A stretch of DNA of 62,832 bases, the filler included. It is 4 parts of 4 records of this genome, joined end to end, with 100 filler letters (N's around TTAATTAATTAA, not from the genome) between each part and the next. Parts side by side here need not be neighbours in the genome. Positions count along the whole stretch, not along the records: positions 8,042 to 23,768 come from DRR378314_2516; 3 more parts are not named here. One strand, 5' to 3'. This document shows positions 9,739 through 19,788 of the stretch, piece after piece. Below the pieces are notes generated by a model, which worked only from the letters and a program-made list of their open reading frames with translations, did no database searches and was not told the origin of the DNA. Within the stretch, counting starts at the first letter, position 1; each line of letters begins with the position of its first letter. Made by a program: the position numbers and the translations under genes.

Positions 9739-11589
9739 ATGCTACGGATTGAGAACATAAATTATGCCGTCGAAGGCCGCCCCCTGTTCGATGGGGCCAG
9801 TGCGACCATCCCCGATGGTCACAAGGTGGGCCTTGTTGGGCGCAATGGCACCGGCAAGACGACGCTCTTCCGCTTGATCCGGGGGGAGCTATCGCTGGAA
9901 TCGGGCAACATCTCCTTGCCCAAACGCGCGCGGATCGGTGGCGTGGCACAAGAAGTGCCCTCATCCGACGTTTCGCTGATCAATACCGTTCTGGCAGCAG
10001 ATACAGAACGCAGCGCACTGATGGCTGAGGCCGACACTGCTCAGGACCCCACACGCATTGCAGAGATTCAAACCCGTCTGGCCGATATCGACGCATGGTC
10101 GGCCGAGGCGCGCGCGGCATCGATCCTCAAAGGGTTGGGGTTTGATGATGAGGATCAGCTGAAACCTTGCTCGGATTTCTCGGGTGGCTGGCGGATGCGG
10201 GTGGCGCTGGCGGCTGTGCTGTTTTCTCAGCCTGATCTGCTGTTGCTAGACGAACCGACCAACTATCTGGACCTTGAGGGTGCATTGTGGCTGGAAAGCT
10301 ATCTGGCCAAGTACCCTCATACAGTCATCATCATCAGCCACGATCGGGGCTTGTTGAACCGTGCCGTAGGATCGATTCTGCATCTCGAAGACCGCAAGCT
10401 GACCTATTACGCGGTGCCCTACGACAAGTTCGCCGAACGCCGCGCAGAACGCTTAGCCCAAGCCGAGTCCGAGAATACCAAGGCCAAGGCCCGCATCGCG
10501 CATCTGCAAAGCTTCGTGGACCGGTTCCGCTATAAGGCATCCAAGGCGGTTCAGGCCCAGTCCCGCCTGAAGATGATCGAACGTATTCAGCTGGTCTCAA
10601 CCCCGCAAGAGGCCGCTTTGCGTGCCTTTTCGTTCCCTGAGCCCGAAGAACTGTCACCCCCAATCATCCAGCTTGAGGGTGGCGTAACCGGTTATGGTGA
10701 AACCGAGGTTCTGCGCCGTCTGAATCTGCGCATTGATCAGGATGATCGCATCGCTTTACTGGGCAAGAATGGTCAGGGCAAATCGACCCTTTCGAAGCTA
10801 CTGTCCGACCGCCTGCCTCTGATGGCTGGTAAAATGACCCGCAGTACGAAGCTGCGCATCGGCTATTTCGCGCAGCATCAGGTGGATGAGTTGCATGTGG
10901 ACGAAACGCCTTTGGATCACCTGCGCCGCCTACGCCCCGATGAAGCGCCCGGCAAGTGGCGATCACGATTGGCCGGGTTCGGTCTGAATGCAGATCAGGC
11001 GGTAACTCTGGTCGGGCGTCTGTCGGGCGGACAAAAAGCGCGTCTGTCTTTGTTGATCGCCACCATCGACGCGCCACATATGCTGATCCTCGATGAACCG
11101 ACCAACCATCTGGATATCGAAAGCCGCGAGGCCTTGGTTGAGGCGCTGACCGCCTACTCTGGCGCTGTTGTTCTGGTCAGTCACGATATGCATCTGCTGT
11201 CGCTGGTTGCGGATCACCTGTGGCTGGTCTCAGACGGTACTGTCGCATCGTTTGAAGGCGATCTTGAATCCTATCGCGCCCTGCTTTTGGGCCGCGACAA
11301 ACCGGTGAAAGAAAAGTCCCGGGCAAACAAATCCAAGCGCCCCTCTCGTGATACCGTTCTGACCCTGCGTATCGATTTGCGCAAATGCGAGGAGCGGATC
11401 GAAAAACTGACGGAAATGCACGAAAAACTCTCGACCAAGCTGGCCGACCCGGCCCTGTACGAAGATGACCGGGTCAATGATCTGGCAACTTGGAACCGCA
11501 AATTCACCGAGGTGGTCGAAGCCATGCAAAAGGCCGAGGCGCTGTGGGTCGCCGCCGCAGAACGGTTAGAACATGCTGAGGCCTCATGA
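9739..11589 (+). CDS. ABC-F family ATPase (YheS-like)
   Basis: Two nucleotide-binding domains (GRNGTGKT/FSGGW/LLLDEPTN and GKNGQGKS/LSGGQ/LILDEPTN), no TM segments, coiled-coil C-terminus. Confidence 0.94.
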   Translation: MLRIENINYAVEGRPLFDGASATIPDGHKVGLVGRNGTGKTTLFRLIRGELSLESGNISLPKRARIGGVAQEVPSSDVSLINTVLAADTERSALMAEADTAQDPTRIAEIQTRLADIDAWSAEARAASILKGLGFDDEDQLKPCSDFSGGWRMRVALAAVLFSQPDLLLLDEPTNYLDLEGALWLESYLAKYPHTVIIISHDRGLLNRAVGSILHLEDRKLTYYAVPYDKFAERRAERLAQAESENTKAKARIAHLQSFVDRFRYKASKAVQAQSRLKMIERIQLVSTPQEAALRAFSFPEPEELSPPIIQLEGGVTGYGETEVLRRLNLRIDQDDRIALLGKNGQGKSTLSKLLSDRLPLMAGKMTRSTKLRIGYFAQHQVDELHVDETPLDHLRRLRPDEAPGKWRSRLAGFGLNADQAVTLVGRLSGGQKARLSLLIATIDAPHMLILDEPTNHLDIESREALVEALTAYSGAVVLVSHDMHLLSLVADHLWLVSDGTVASFEGDLESYRALLLGRDKPVKEKSRANKSKRPSRDTVLTLRIDLRKCEERIEKLTEMHEKLSTKLADPALYEDDRVNDLATWNRKFTEVVEAMQKAEALWVAAAERLEHAEAS

Positions 11590-11978
11590 TGAAACCCGTC
11601 TCTGAAACTAATGCAATGATTGCAGGCATGTGCCCCGAGCTTCAGCCGGGTGTATTCGCTTTTGTTATCTGGCCAGAACAGAAAGAATGGCCCGACAACA
11701 CACGGGCGAGCTATGTTGAGGCCGAAGGTTTGTCACTGATCGTTCCCATCGAGGCCGCCACGGCGGATGCTGTGGGCATGCGCTGTATTACCTTGCAGGT
11801 TCATTCGTCGCTCGAAGGTGTGGGCCTTACCGCCGCCGTCTCTGCCGTACTCGCCCAAAACAATATTCCGGCGAACATGGTGGCCGGGTATCACCATGAT
11901 CATGTGTATGTTCCAAGTGATGTGGCCGAAAAAGCTGTGGCTATTCTGATCAAGCTTCAGCAAGAGGTCGAAAAATGA
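11586..11978 (+). CDS. ACT-domain protein (DUF2241-like)
   Basis: EAEGLSLI, ITLQVHSSLEGVGLTAAVS and NMVAGYHHDHVYV. ATGA overlaps with both neighbours. Confidence 0.85.
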   Translation: MMKPVSETNAMIAGMCPELQPGVFAFVIWPEQKEWPDNTRASYVEAEGLSLIVPIEAATADAVGMRCITLQVHSSLEGVGLTAAVSAVLAQNNIPANMVAGYHHDHVYVPSDVAEKAVAILIKLQQEVEK

Positions 11979-12595
11979 TCGATATGGCCTTTTTCATAAC
12001 AGCGTTTACCACAATGTTCGTGGTGATCGACCCGTTCGGCACCACGCCAGTCTTTGTTGCGTTGACGCAGGACATGGATGCCGCCACACGCCGCAAGATT
12101 GCCATTCGCAGCTGCCTGACCGCTGTTTTCATCCTGATCGCCTTCGCCGCGTTTGGTGAGGCCGTTCTGGGCTTTGTCGGTATCTCGATGCCCGCATTCA
12201 AAGTGGCTGGCGGTGCTTTGTTGTTTCTGACCGCGCTCGACATGCTGTTCGAGCGGCGCAACAAACGGCGCGAAGACCGGGCAGAAGAAGAAGAGCGCCC
12301 GGACCCCTCAGTTTTCCCCTTGGCCATTCCGCTGATCGCAGGCCCCGGGTCGATCGCGACCATCATTCTGCTGGCTGGGCAGAACCCCGGCATTCCGGGA
12401 ATCGCAGCGGCCTGCGCCGTCATGCTTGCCGTTATGGTGGTTGTCTTCGTGTTCTTTCTGGCCGGAGGTCTGATCGCCCGCATTCTGGGTAAAACCGGGC
12501 TGAACGTGCTGACCCGGCTGCTGGGTATGCTGCTGGCCGCGCTGTCGGTTCAGTTTATCCTTGATGGTCTCAAAGCCTTTGGTTTCGCCTCATGA
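11975..12595 (+). CDS. marC: MarC family membrane protein
   Basis: VIDPFG, FKVAGG, FPLAIPLIAGPGSI and RLLGMLLAALSVQ. Confidence 0.92.
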   Translation: MIDMAFFITAFTTMFVVIDPFGTTPVFVALTQDMDAATRRKIAIRSCLTAVFILIAFAAFGEAVLGFVGISMPAFKVAGGALLFLTALDMLFERRNKRREDRAEEEERPDPSVFPLAIPLIAGPGSIATIILLAGQNPGIPGIAAACAVMLAVMVVVFVFFLAGGLIARILGKTGLNVLTRLLGMLLAALSVQFILDGLKAFGFAS

Positions 12596-12636
12596 GGCAC
12601 CATATAAAGTGCCAGTAACTGATTTCAGGTGACGGA

Positions 12637-13218
12637 ATGGATGGCGAAGATTTTGGGCGATTGACCTATCTGGTTCTGCTGGGTGCAGCCCTGTTGATGT
12701 GGTTCATCACTCAGAACCGTCAGTCCTTGGGTAAAACCATGCAGCAGGCTGCGGCCTGGGTTTTCATATTTATCGGTGTTATCGCCGTTGTCGGTTTGTG
12801 GGATGATATCCGCTCGACCGTCAGCCCTGCCCCCCAACTGACCGTGACCGATCAAAAGATCGAAGTGCCGCGCGCGTTCGACGGGCACTACTATTTGCCG
12901 ATGCTGGTGAATGGCACTGCGGTCACCTTTCTAGTCGATACCGGGGCCAGCAATATCGTCATCAGCCCAAAAGATGCCGAGCGAATCGGGATTGATACGG
13001 ATCAGCTGAATTATCTTGGCCGCGCCTCGACCGCGAATGGCATCGTGCGCACGGCTCCGGTTCGGCTGGACAGCCTATCTCTGGGTCCGATTACCGATCG
13101 CAATATCCCGGCCTCGGTCAATGAAGGCGATCTGGATCAATCCCTGCTGGGGATGGAGTATCTGCATCGTTTCTCGAACATTCAGTTTGCCGACGGGCGC
13201 CTGATTCTGTCGCGCTGA
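12637..13218 (+). CDS. Clan AA aspartyl protease (TIGR02281-like), membrane-anchored
   Basis: Two N-terminal TM segments, DGHY, catalytic FLVDTGAS, and SLLGM. Confidence 0.92.
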   Translation: MDGEDFGRLTYLVLLGAALLMWFITQNRQSLGKTMQQAAAWVFIFIGVIAVVGLWDDIRSTVSPAPQLTVTDQKIEVPRAFDGHYYLPMLVNGTAVTFLVDTGASNIVISPKDAERIGIDTDQLNYLGRASTANGIVRTAPVRLDSLSLGPITDRNIPASVNEGDLDQSLLGMEYLHRFSNIQFADGRLILSR

Positions 13219-13231
13219 CCGCACTCCTTAA

Positions 13232-13260
13232 TTGAGAACAAAATAAGAACATGCTAGTTT
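13232..13260 (+). promoter_or_regulatory. Alphaproteobacterial LexA box overlapping a putative promoter
   Basis: GAAC-aaaataa-GAAC at 13236-13250 matches GAAC-N7-GAAC. It overlaps TTGAGA (13232-37) and lies upstream of TAGTTT (13255-60); the two hexamers are 17 nt apart. Confidence 0.85.
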
Positions 13261-13267
13261 GACCAGC

Positions 13268-13894
13268 ATGTCCACTTATCTTCTTGGTCGAAAGCCCGCG
13301 CGCACCGTGCCCGGCGTAGCTCTGCACCCTCAGATCACACTGCAACTGGCCCGTGTGCACGAGGCCTGCGGCCCTGCACGGCGCAGCTTTGCCCTGTGGG
13401 TGGCAGAGCAAACTCAGGGGCCGGTGATGTGGATCGCCCCGGCATGGGTGGTGGCGCAGCTGCATCCCGAAGGCATGCTGCCTTTCGCCGACCCGTCCCG
13501 GTTTCTACTGATCCACCCTGATAAACCCGAAGATCTGTTGTGGTGCATGGAAGAAGCCTTGCGCAGCGGTGCTGCCCCGCTTGTCATTGGCGATCTGCCC
13601 GGCCCGCCGGGGCTGACCCCGGTCCGGCGGATGCATCTGGCTGCCGAACAGGGCGGCACATCGGGGCAAGCCCCGCTGGGGTTGTTGCTGACGCCTGACG
13701 ATGGCGGCGCGCAAGGGATCGAAACGCGCTGGCATCTGGCTCCGGCCTATCGGGACGAGGCCAGCAGTTGGGTCCTGACTCGCCGCCGCGCCCGCGCCCT
13801 GCCCCCAGCCAATTGGCACGTAACACGGACCGGCCCCCATCCCGGCCTGCAATTGCAACAGATCAAAACCGAAAATGAACCCACAACCGCGTAA
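13268..13894 (+). CDS. imuA: ImuA-like (RecA/SulA-fold) SOS protein
   Basis: [32 protein letters not shown] and ETRWHL, plus the upstream LexA box. ATG 13268 preferred over TTG 13259. Confidence 0.88.
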   Translation: MSTYLLGRKPARTVPGVALHPQITLQLARVHEACGPARRSFALWVAEQTQGPVMWIAPAWVVAQLHPEGMLPFADPSRFLLIHPDKPEDLLWCMEEALRSGAAPLVIGDLPGPPGLTPVRRMHLAAEQGGTSGQAPLGLLLTPDDGGAQGIETRWHLAPAYRDEASSWVLTRRRARALPPANWHVTRTGPHPGLQLQQIKTENEPTTA

Positions 13895-13937
13895 CTTGTG
13901 ACTGGTCAAAGCAGAACTTGCACCCTAGCGTGCCGGC

Positions 13938-15152
13938 ATGACACACCCGGTCCATGACAGCCGATACTCCTGGCTTCGCCTGCTGATCACTCTGGCCATT
14001 GCAACTGTGATCAATGTAGGCATGTGGGCTGTGGTTGTCGTAATGCCCGCCATCGAGACCGAGTTCGGCGCAGGCAGGGCTGCAACATCGCTGCCCTATA
14101 CGCTCACCATGATCGGTTTTGCCTTTGGCAACATGTGGCTTGGCAAGCTGGTAGATCGGCTGGGTGTGACAAAGGCGTTGATCGGAGCCGCCCTGCTAAG
14201 CGCCTTAAGCTATTTGCTGGCAACCCTTGCCCCAAGCATTGCCCTTCTTTCAATTGCACATCTGTTGTTGGGCTTGGGCACGTCGATCGGGTTTGGCCCG
14301 CTGATCGCCGATATCTCGCATTGGTTCATGCGCAGACGCGGGATCGCAGTGGCGCTGGTGGCCAGTGGCAATTACCTGTCGGGCGCGATCTGGCCCACGC
14401 TGTTGTCAGGCATTCTGCAGCGCGAAGGATGGCAACAGGTTTACCTGAGCCTCGCCGTCATCACCCTGATCGTGGTCATTCCCCTGTCCCTGCTATTGCG
14501 CCGCCAAGTCCCTGTCGAGGCGCACAGCACCGCCGCAGCCGCAGCCCGGATCAAGGCACAAAGCGTCGGCTTTTCACCCCGTGCCCTGCAATACATCCTT
14601 GGGCTGGCTGGCATCGGGTGCTGCGTGGCAATGGCGATGCCGCAGGTCCATATCGTATCCTACTGCGTCGGCCTCGGCTACGGCCCAGCCGTCGGGGCGG
14701 AAATGCTGTCACTGATGTTAATGGGTGGCGTGGCCAGTCGCATAATATCGGGACTGGTCGCGGACCAATTGGGCGGGCTTTCCACCCTGCTGATTGGCTC
14801 GGTCCTGCAATGTATCGCCTTGTTCCTGTTCCTGCCGTACGACGGAATGGTTTCCCTTTACGTTGTCAGCATGCTGTTTGGCCTTGCGCAGGGCGGTATC
14901 GTGCCAAGCTACGCCCTGATTGTGCGCGAATACATGCCCCCGCAAGAGGCCGGTGCGCGCGTAGGCTTTGTCATGATGATGACCATTCTGGGCATGGCAT
15001 TGGGGGGCTGGATGTCGGGCTGGATCTACGATCTGACCGGAAATTACCAACTTGCCTTTATCAATGGCATCCTTTGGAACGGCATAAACATCGCAATCCT
15101 GCTGGTGCTTATGAAACGCTCAAGACCGCGCGGAAATGAAGTGCTGATATGA
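13938..15152 (+). CDS. MFS transporter (OFA/monocarboxylate-like)
   Basis: GKLVDRLG, SHWFMRRRGIA and GWIYDLTGNY, about 12 TM segments. Confidence 0.9.
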   Translation: MTHPVHDSRYSWLRLLITLAIATVINVGMWAVVVVMPAIETEFGAGRAATSLPYTLTMIGFAFGNMWLGKLVDRLGVTKALIGAALLSALSYLLATLAPSIALLSIAHLLLGLGTSIGFGPLIADISHWFMRRRGIAVALVASGNYLSGAIWPTLLSGILQREGWQQVYLSLAVITLIVVIPLSLLLRRQVPVEAHSTAAAAARIKAQSVGFSPRALQYILGLAGIGCCVAMAMPQVHIVSYCVGLGYGPAVGAEMLSLMLMGGVASRIISGLVADQLGGLSTLLIGSVLQCIALFLFLPYDGMVSLYVVSMLFGLAQGGIVPSYALIVREYMPPQEAGARVGFVMMMTILGMALGGWMSGWIYDLTGNYQLAFINGILWNGINIAILLVLMKRSRPRGNEVLI

Positions 15153-15267
15153 CATATCCAACCGGGTCCGATCTGACGGCAGCGCCGATGGCTGAAAAGC
15201 AGAAAAACGACCTGCAGACGTCGAATAGGCGCGCGATAAATAAGACAACAAAGCCGATCTAAAAATC

Positions 15268-16485
15268 ATGCGTACGATCATTTCATTTGCCGCCCTTTTT
15301 TTTGCCGTCATTCTGTTGCAGCTCTCAACAGGTGGCGTCGGCCCGCTGGACGCAATTTCCGGCCTGACGCTCGAGTTTTCAACCGAGCAAATCGGCCTGC
15401 TGGGATCGTCGCATTTCCTTGGGTTCTTCATTGGTTGCTGGTGGGCCCCACGCCTGATGGGCAGTGTCGGACATTCCCGCGCGTTTGCGGTTTGTACCGC
15501 GCTGGGCGCAATGGGTTTGCTTGGTCATACACTGACCGAGAACCCATATATCTGGGCCGCTCTGCGGATCGCCTCGGGCACTTGCGTTGCCGGATGTTAC
15601 ACCGTGGTCGAAGCATGGCTGAACGCCAAAGTCACCAATGAAACACGTGGGCGTGCGATGGGCACCTACCGTATCGCGGATTTAGGGGCATCGCTTTGTG
15701 CGCAGTTGATCATCGCCGTTCTGCCGCCTGCATCGTACGTTTCATACAACCTGCTTGCGATCCTGTGTTGTGCATCAATCCTGCCACTGGCGCTGACACG
15801 CGCCAGCCAGCCAGTGACACCGGACGCACCGCGCCTGCGCCCGAAACTGGCTTGGCGCAGCTCACCACTGGCGGTGGCGGGCGTAATCGTGGCCGCGCTC
15901 AGTTCGGCCTCGTTTCGGATGGTTGGCCCGGTTTATGGCCAAGAGGTCGGGCTGGGTGTAGATCAGATCGCGTTTTTTCTGGCCTCATTCGTTCTGGGCG
16001 GCGCGTTGGCGCAGTACCCTTTGGGCTGGCTGGCGGATAAATACGACCGGCGCTGGGTTCTGATCTGGTTGTCCGCAGCGGCAGTACTAAGCTGCGGTGT
16101 GACAATGCTGGCAAGCGGCGCCGGTACAATTGGAGTCATGCTGGCCGCGGGGTTCTTTGGCCTGACCACCTTTCCGATCTTCTCGCTTTCTTCGGCCCAC
16201 GCTCATGACTTCGCCACGACCGAGCAGCGCGTGGAATTGTCGGCGGCGTTGATGTTCTGGTTTGCGCTGGGGGCGATTGCCTCACCCTACATTTCATCCA
16301 CGTTGATCCAGGAATTCGGCCCCGGCGCCCTATTTGCCTTCGTTGCGCTGGGCCACGTCTTTCTGATCGGTTTCGGCCTTGTCCGTATGCGCTCGCGCCC
16401 AACGCCCGAAGAGCGCACGAATTATGTCTATGCGCCCCGCACGTCATTCACCATTGGCAGGCTGCTCAAAAGATCGCGCGAGTAG
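15268..16485 (+). CDS. MFS transporter (YcaD-like)
   Basis: VGHSRAFA, VVEAWLN...RGRAMGTY and PLGWLADKYDRR. Confidence 0.9.
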   Translation: MRTIISFAALFFAVILLQLSTGGVGPLDAISGLTLEFSTEQIGLLGSSHFLGFFIGCWWAPRLMGSVGHSRAFAVCTALGAMGLLGHTLTENPYIWAALRIASGTCVAGCYTVVEAWLNAKVTNETRGRAMGTYRIADLGASLCAQLIIAVLPPASYVSYNLLAILCCASILPLALTRASQPVTPDAPRLRPKLAWRSSPLAVAGVIVAALSSASFRMVGPVYGQEVGLGVDQIAFFLASFVLGGALAQYPLGWLADKYDRRWVLIWLSAAAVLSCGVTMLASGAGTIGVMLAAGFFGLTTFPIFSLSSAHAHDFATTEQRVELSAALMFWFALGAIASPYISSTLIQEFGPGALFAFVALGHVFLIGFGLVRMRSRPTPEERTNYVYAPRTSFTIGRLLKRSRE

Positions 16486-16594
16486 CCATAGCCGTGATAC
16501 AGGCACGAAATACGATGCATTGCGAAAACCCGGCCTTTTGCTGACCGCCGTCATACTGTAGACGGGCGCGCAGACAGTTATCTGGAAAAGCAAA

Positions 16595-18313
16595 ATGGCT
16601 CGGTTTCTCATTACCTCGGCGATCCCCTACATCAATGGGATCAAACACCTCGGCAACCTGATCGGCTCGCAACTGCCCGCTGATCTTTATGCGCGCTATC
16701 TGCGTGGTCGGGGAAACGAGGTCATGTTCCTGTGCGCGACCGACGAACATGGCACCCCTGCGGAACTGGCTGCAGCCAAAGCTGACAAACCGGTGGCAGA
16801 GTACTGTGCGGAAATGTACGCGGTTCAGGCCGACATCGCCAAACGCTTTGGCCTTAGCTTTGACCACTTTGGCCGCTCGTCCAGCGATCAGAACCGCAAG
16901 TTGACCCAGCATTTCGCAGGCAAGTTGGATGAGGCCGGACTGATCCGTGAGGTCAGCGAGAAACAGGTCTATTCAAACGCCGATGGCCGCTTTCTACCTG
17001 ACCGCTATATCGAGGGCACCTGCCCCAATTGCGGCTATGATCGCGCCCGCGGCGACCAGTGCGAGAACTGCACCAAGCAGTTGGATCCGACCGACTTGAT
17101 CGAGCCGCGCTCGGCGATTTCCGGTTCGACCGATCTTGAGGTGCGCGAGACCAAGCACCTGTATCTGCGCCAATCTGCGATGAAGGATCAACTGGACGCC
17201 TGGATCGACAGCAAGACCGACTGGCCAATCCTGACCACGTCCATCGCCAAGAAATGGCTGCATGACGGTGACGGCTTGCAGGACCGTGGCATCACCCGCG
17301 ATCTGGACTGGGGTGTGCCGGTTAAGAAAGGTGATCAGGACTGGCCCGGTATGGAAGGCAAGGTCTTCTATGTCTGGTTCGACGCACCGATCGAATATAT
17401 CGCCTGTGCCAAGGAATGGGCGGATGCGAGTGGAAAACCTGACGCCGAGTGGGAGCGTTGGTGGCGCACCGACAAAGGCGCGGATGACGTGCGGTATGTC
17501 CAGTTCATGGGCAAAGACAACGTGCCCTTCCACACTTTGTCTTTCCCGGCCACCATTCTGGGTTCGGGCGAGCCATGGAAGATGGTCGACCACCTGAAAT
17601 CGTTCAACTATTTGAACTATGACGGGGGCCAGTTCTCGACCTCACAGGGTCGTGGTGTGTTCATGGACCAGGCACTTGAACTGCTGCCCGCCGATTATTG
17701 GCGTTGGTGGTTGCTTAGCCATGCACCCGAAAGCAGCGACAGTGAATTCACGTGGGAGAACTTCCAGCAATCCGTCAACAAGGACCTCGCGGACGTTCTG
17801 GGCAACTTTGTCAGCCGGATCACCAAATTCTGCCGCTCCAAGTTCGGCGAAGCTGTGCCACAGGATGGCGTTTATGGCGAACGTGAACAGGCCCTGATTG
17901 ACGAACTGACCAAACGCGTTCGTGCCTACGAAGGCCATATGGAAGCGATGGAAGTCCGCAAATCCGCGCAAGAATTGCGGGCCATCTGGGTGGCAGGCAA
18001 CGAATATCTGCAGGCCGCTGCACCTTGGTCAACTTTCAAGGAAGATCCTGCTCAGGCGGCAGCGCAGGTGAGGCTGGGGCTGAACCTGATCCGCCTGTAT
18101 GCGGTTCTGAGTGCCCCGTTCATTCCCGATACTTCGGCCAGAATGCTCAGCGCCATGAACTCTCTGGACACCAGTTGGCCCGATGATGTCGATGCAGCCT
18201 TGCGTGCTTTGCCTGCAGCCCACGCATTCACGGTTCCCGATGTGCTGTTCGCCAAAGTCACGGATGAACAGCGTGAGGACTGGCAGAATCGGTTTGCCGG
18301 GACGCGTAAATAA
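16595..18313 (+). CDS. metG: Methionine--tRNA ligase
   Basis: [25 protein letters not shown] knuckle, [23 protein letters not shown] and QFSTS. Confidence 0.97.
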   Translation: MARFLITSAIPYINGIKHLGNLIGSQLPADLYARYLRGRGNEVMFLCATDEHGTPAELAAAKADKPVAEYCAEMYAVQADIAKRFGLSFDHFGRSSSDQNRKLTQHFAGKLDEAGLIREVSEKQVYSNADGRFLPDRYIEGTCPNCGYDRARGDQCENCTKQLDPTDLIEPRSAISGSTDLEVRETKHLYLRQSAMKDQLDAWIDSKTDWPILTTSIAKKWLHDGDGLQDRGITRDLDWGVPVKKGDQDWPGMEGKVFYVWFDAPIEYIACAKEWADASGKPDAEWERWWRTDKGADDVRYVQFMGKDNVPFHTLSFPATILGSGEPWKMVDHLKSFNYLNYDGGQFSTSQGRGVFMDQALELLPADYWRWWLLSHAPESSDSEFTWENFQQSVNKDLADVLGNFVSRITKFCRSKFGEAVPQDGVYGEREQALIDELTKRVRAYEGHMEAMEVRKSAQELRAIWVAGNEYLQAAAPWSTFKEDPAQAAAQVRLGLNLIRLYAVLSAPFIPDTSARMLSAMNSLDTSWPDDVDAALRALPAAHAFTVPDVLFAKVTDEQREDWQNRFAGTRK

Positions 18314-18337
18314 CAACAAATTTCCATCTATGAATGC

Positions 18338-18377
18338 CACGCCGGGGACCAGAAGTGTCCCTGGCGTGTTTTCTTTT
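18338..18377 (+). terminator. Rho-independent terminator after metG
   Basis: cacgccggggac / gtccctggcgtg stem followed by TTTTCTTTT. Confidence 0.8.
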
Positions 18378-18606
18378 GGTTGATATCGCGCGCCCTGTTG
18401 GACGCCGGTTCGGCAGGAAAAAGACTACGCTTGCAGGCTAAGTCTGCTGATTGGAAAGAAATTCTTAGACCTCAGATCCATGCATGTTGCTTCAACAAGC
18501 TTGAGAATTAACATCAAACCCGCCATCCTGCCTGAAATATCAATCGACTCGTCCGGACGCTTCAGCCGCCTGGATGCGTAATCCCTAGTTCAAACGAGGC
18601 GCCAAC

Positions 18607-19788
18607 ATGTCCCTTGCATTTAAGAAGCCAACGCACCGCCCAAGCGGCTATTTCAGGACTGTAGGCGCATACATCGCTCTGATTGCCTGTTCCACATTTC
18701 CGCAAACGGCGACAGCGCAAGATCAGGGAGACGCCCCCGCGCCCAAGGTATCCATCGCTGCCGCCTATACCGAAGAGATCACCGATCAGGCCACATTCAT
18801 CGGGCGGGCCGAAGCCATCGACAAGGTCGATATCGTCGCAAGGGTAAGCGGGTTTCTTGACAGTCAGAATGTCGAAGACGGCGCCCCTGTGAAAGAAGAC
18901 GACCTGCTGTTCACTATCGAACCAGACCTTTATCAGGCCACGCTGGATGCCCGCAAAGCCGATCTGGACCGCGCTCATGCGAACCTGGAGCTCGCGAAGG
19001 TCGACCTGGCCCGGAAGGAAGAGCTGTATAAACGTGATGCGACGCCGGAATCCGAACGCGATATCGCCCGTGCGAACGAATTGGTTGCCGAGGCCGAAGT
19101 AAAAGCGGCCAACGCGGCGATCCAACAGGCGGAACTGGATCTCAGCTATACTGAGATTCATGCACCGTTTACTGGACGGATCGGTCGTATCGCCACCAGC
19201 GTTGGTGATGTTGTCGGCCCCACCAATCCGCCGCTTGTTACCCTGGTCAGCGAAGCGCCCATCTACGTGAATTTTTCGTTGAATGAGAAGCAGTTCACGT
19301 CGGTTCTTGAACAATTTGGTGAGGACCCCGCCACTCTGGCTGAAAGCAACAAAAGCCCGAATGTCCACGTGACATTGCCGAACGGAACAGCGCTGGATGA
19401 AACCGGGGAAATCACCTTTGTCGACAACCGCATCGATCCGCTGACTGGTGCGATCGCGATCACGGCCCAATTCGAAAACAGCAAACGGCTGCTTGTCGAT
19501 GGGGCCTTCGTTAACGTCCAGATCGAAGCGCTTGAACCGACCCTGCAGGTATTGATCCCACAAGCAGCGTTGCAGCGTGATCAGCGAGGTGAGTTCGTTC
19601 TGCTCGTCAATGACAAGCAAATGGTTGAACAGCGCTACATCACGACGGGCGACACTGTGAACTCGGCCATAATCGTGACAGATGGACTGCGCGAGGGCGA
19701 AAGCGTCATCGTCGAAGGCTTGCAACGTGTGCGCCCGGGCGTCGCCGTCGACGCCGTCGTCGCCTCCGAGCAGCCGGAGAATAACTGA
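18607..19788 (+). CDS. RND efflux periplasmic adaptor (AcrA/BepD-like)
   Basis: IVARVSGFL, alpha-hairpin, [13 protein letters not shown] and [19 protein letters not shown]. Confidence 0.94.
   Translation: MSLAFKKPTHRPSGYFRTVGAYIALIACSTFPQTATAQDQGDAPAPKVSIAAAYTEEITDQATFIGRAEAIDKVDIVARVSGFLDSQNVEDGAPVKEDDLLFTIEPDLYQATLDARKADLDRAHANLELAKVDLARKEELYKRDATPESERDIARANELVAEAEVKAANAAIQQAELDLSYTEIHAPFTGRIGRIATSVGDVVGPTNPPLVTLVSEAPIYVNFSLNEKQFTSVLEQFGEDPATLAESNKSPNVHVTLPNGTALDETGEITFVDNRIDPLTGAIAITAQFENSKRLLVDGAFVNVQIEALEPTLQVLIPQAALQRDQRGEFVLLVNDKQMVEQRYITTGDTVNSAIIVTDGLREGESVIVEGLQRVRPGVAVDAVVASEQPENN

Noticed and set aside
14024..15139. 371-aa same-strand alternative-frame ORF inside the MFS gene
   Set aside because: R/P/G-rich with no motifs; expected from stop-codon scarcity in GC-rich coding DNA.
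18562..19725. 387-aa antisense ORF over the RND adaptor gene
   Set aside because: Antisense shadow of a strongly codon-biased gene, with no domain features.
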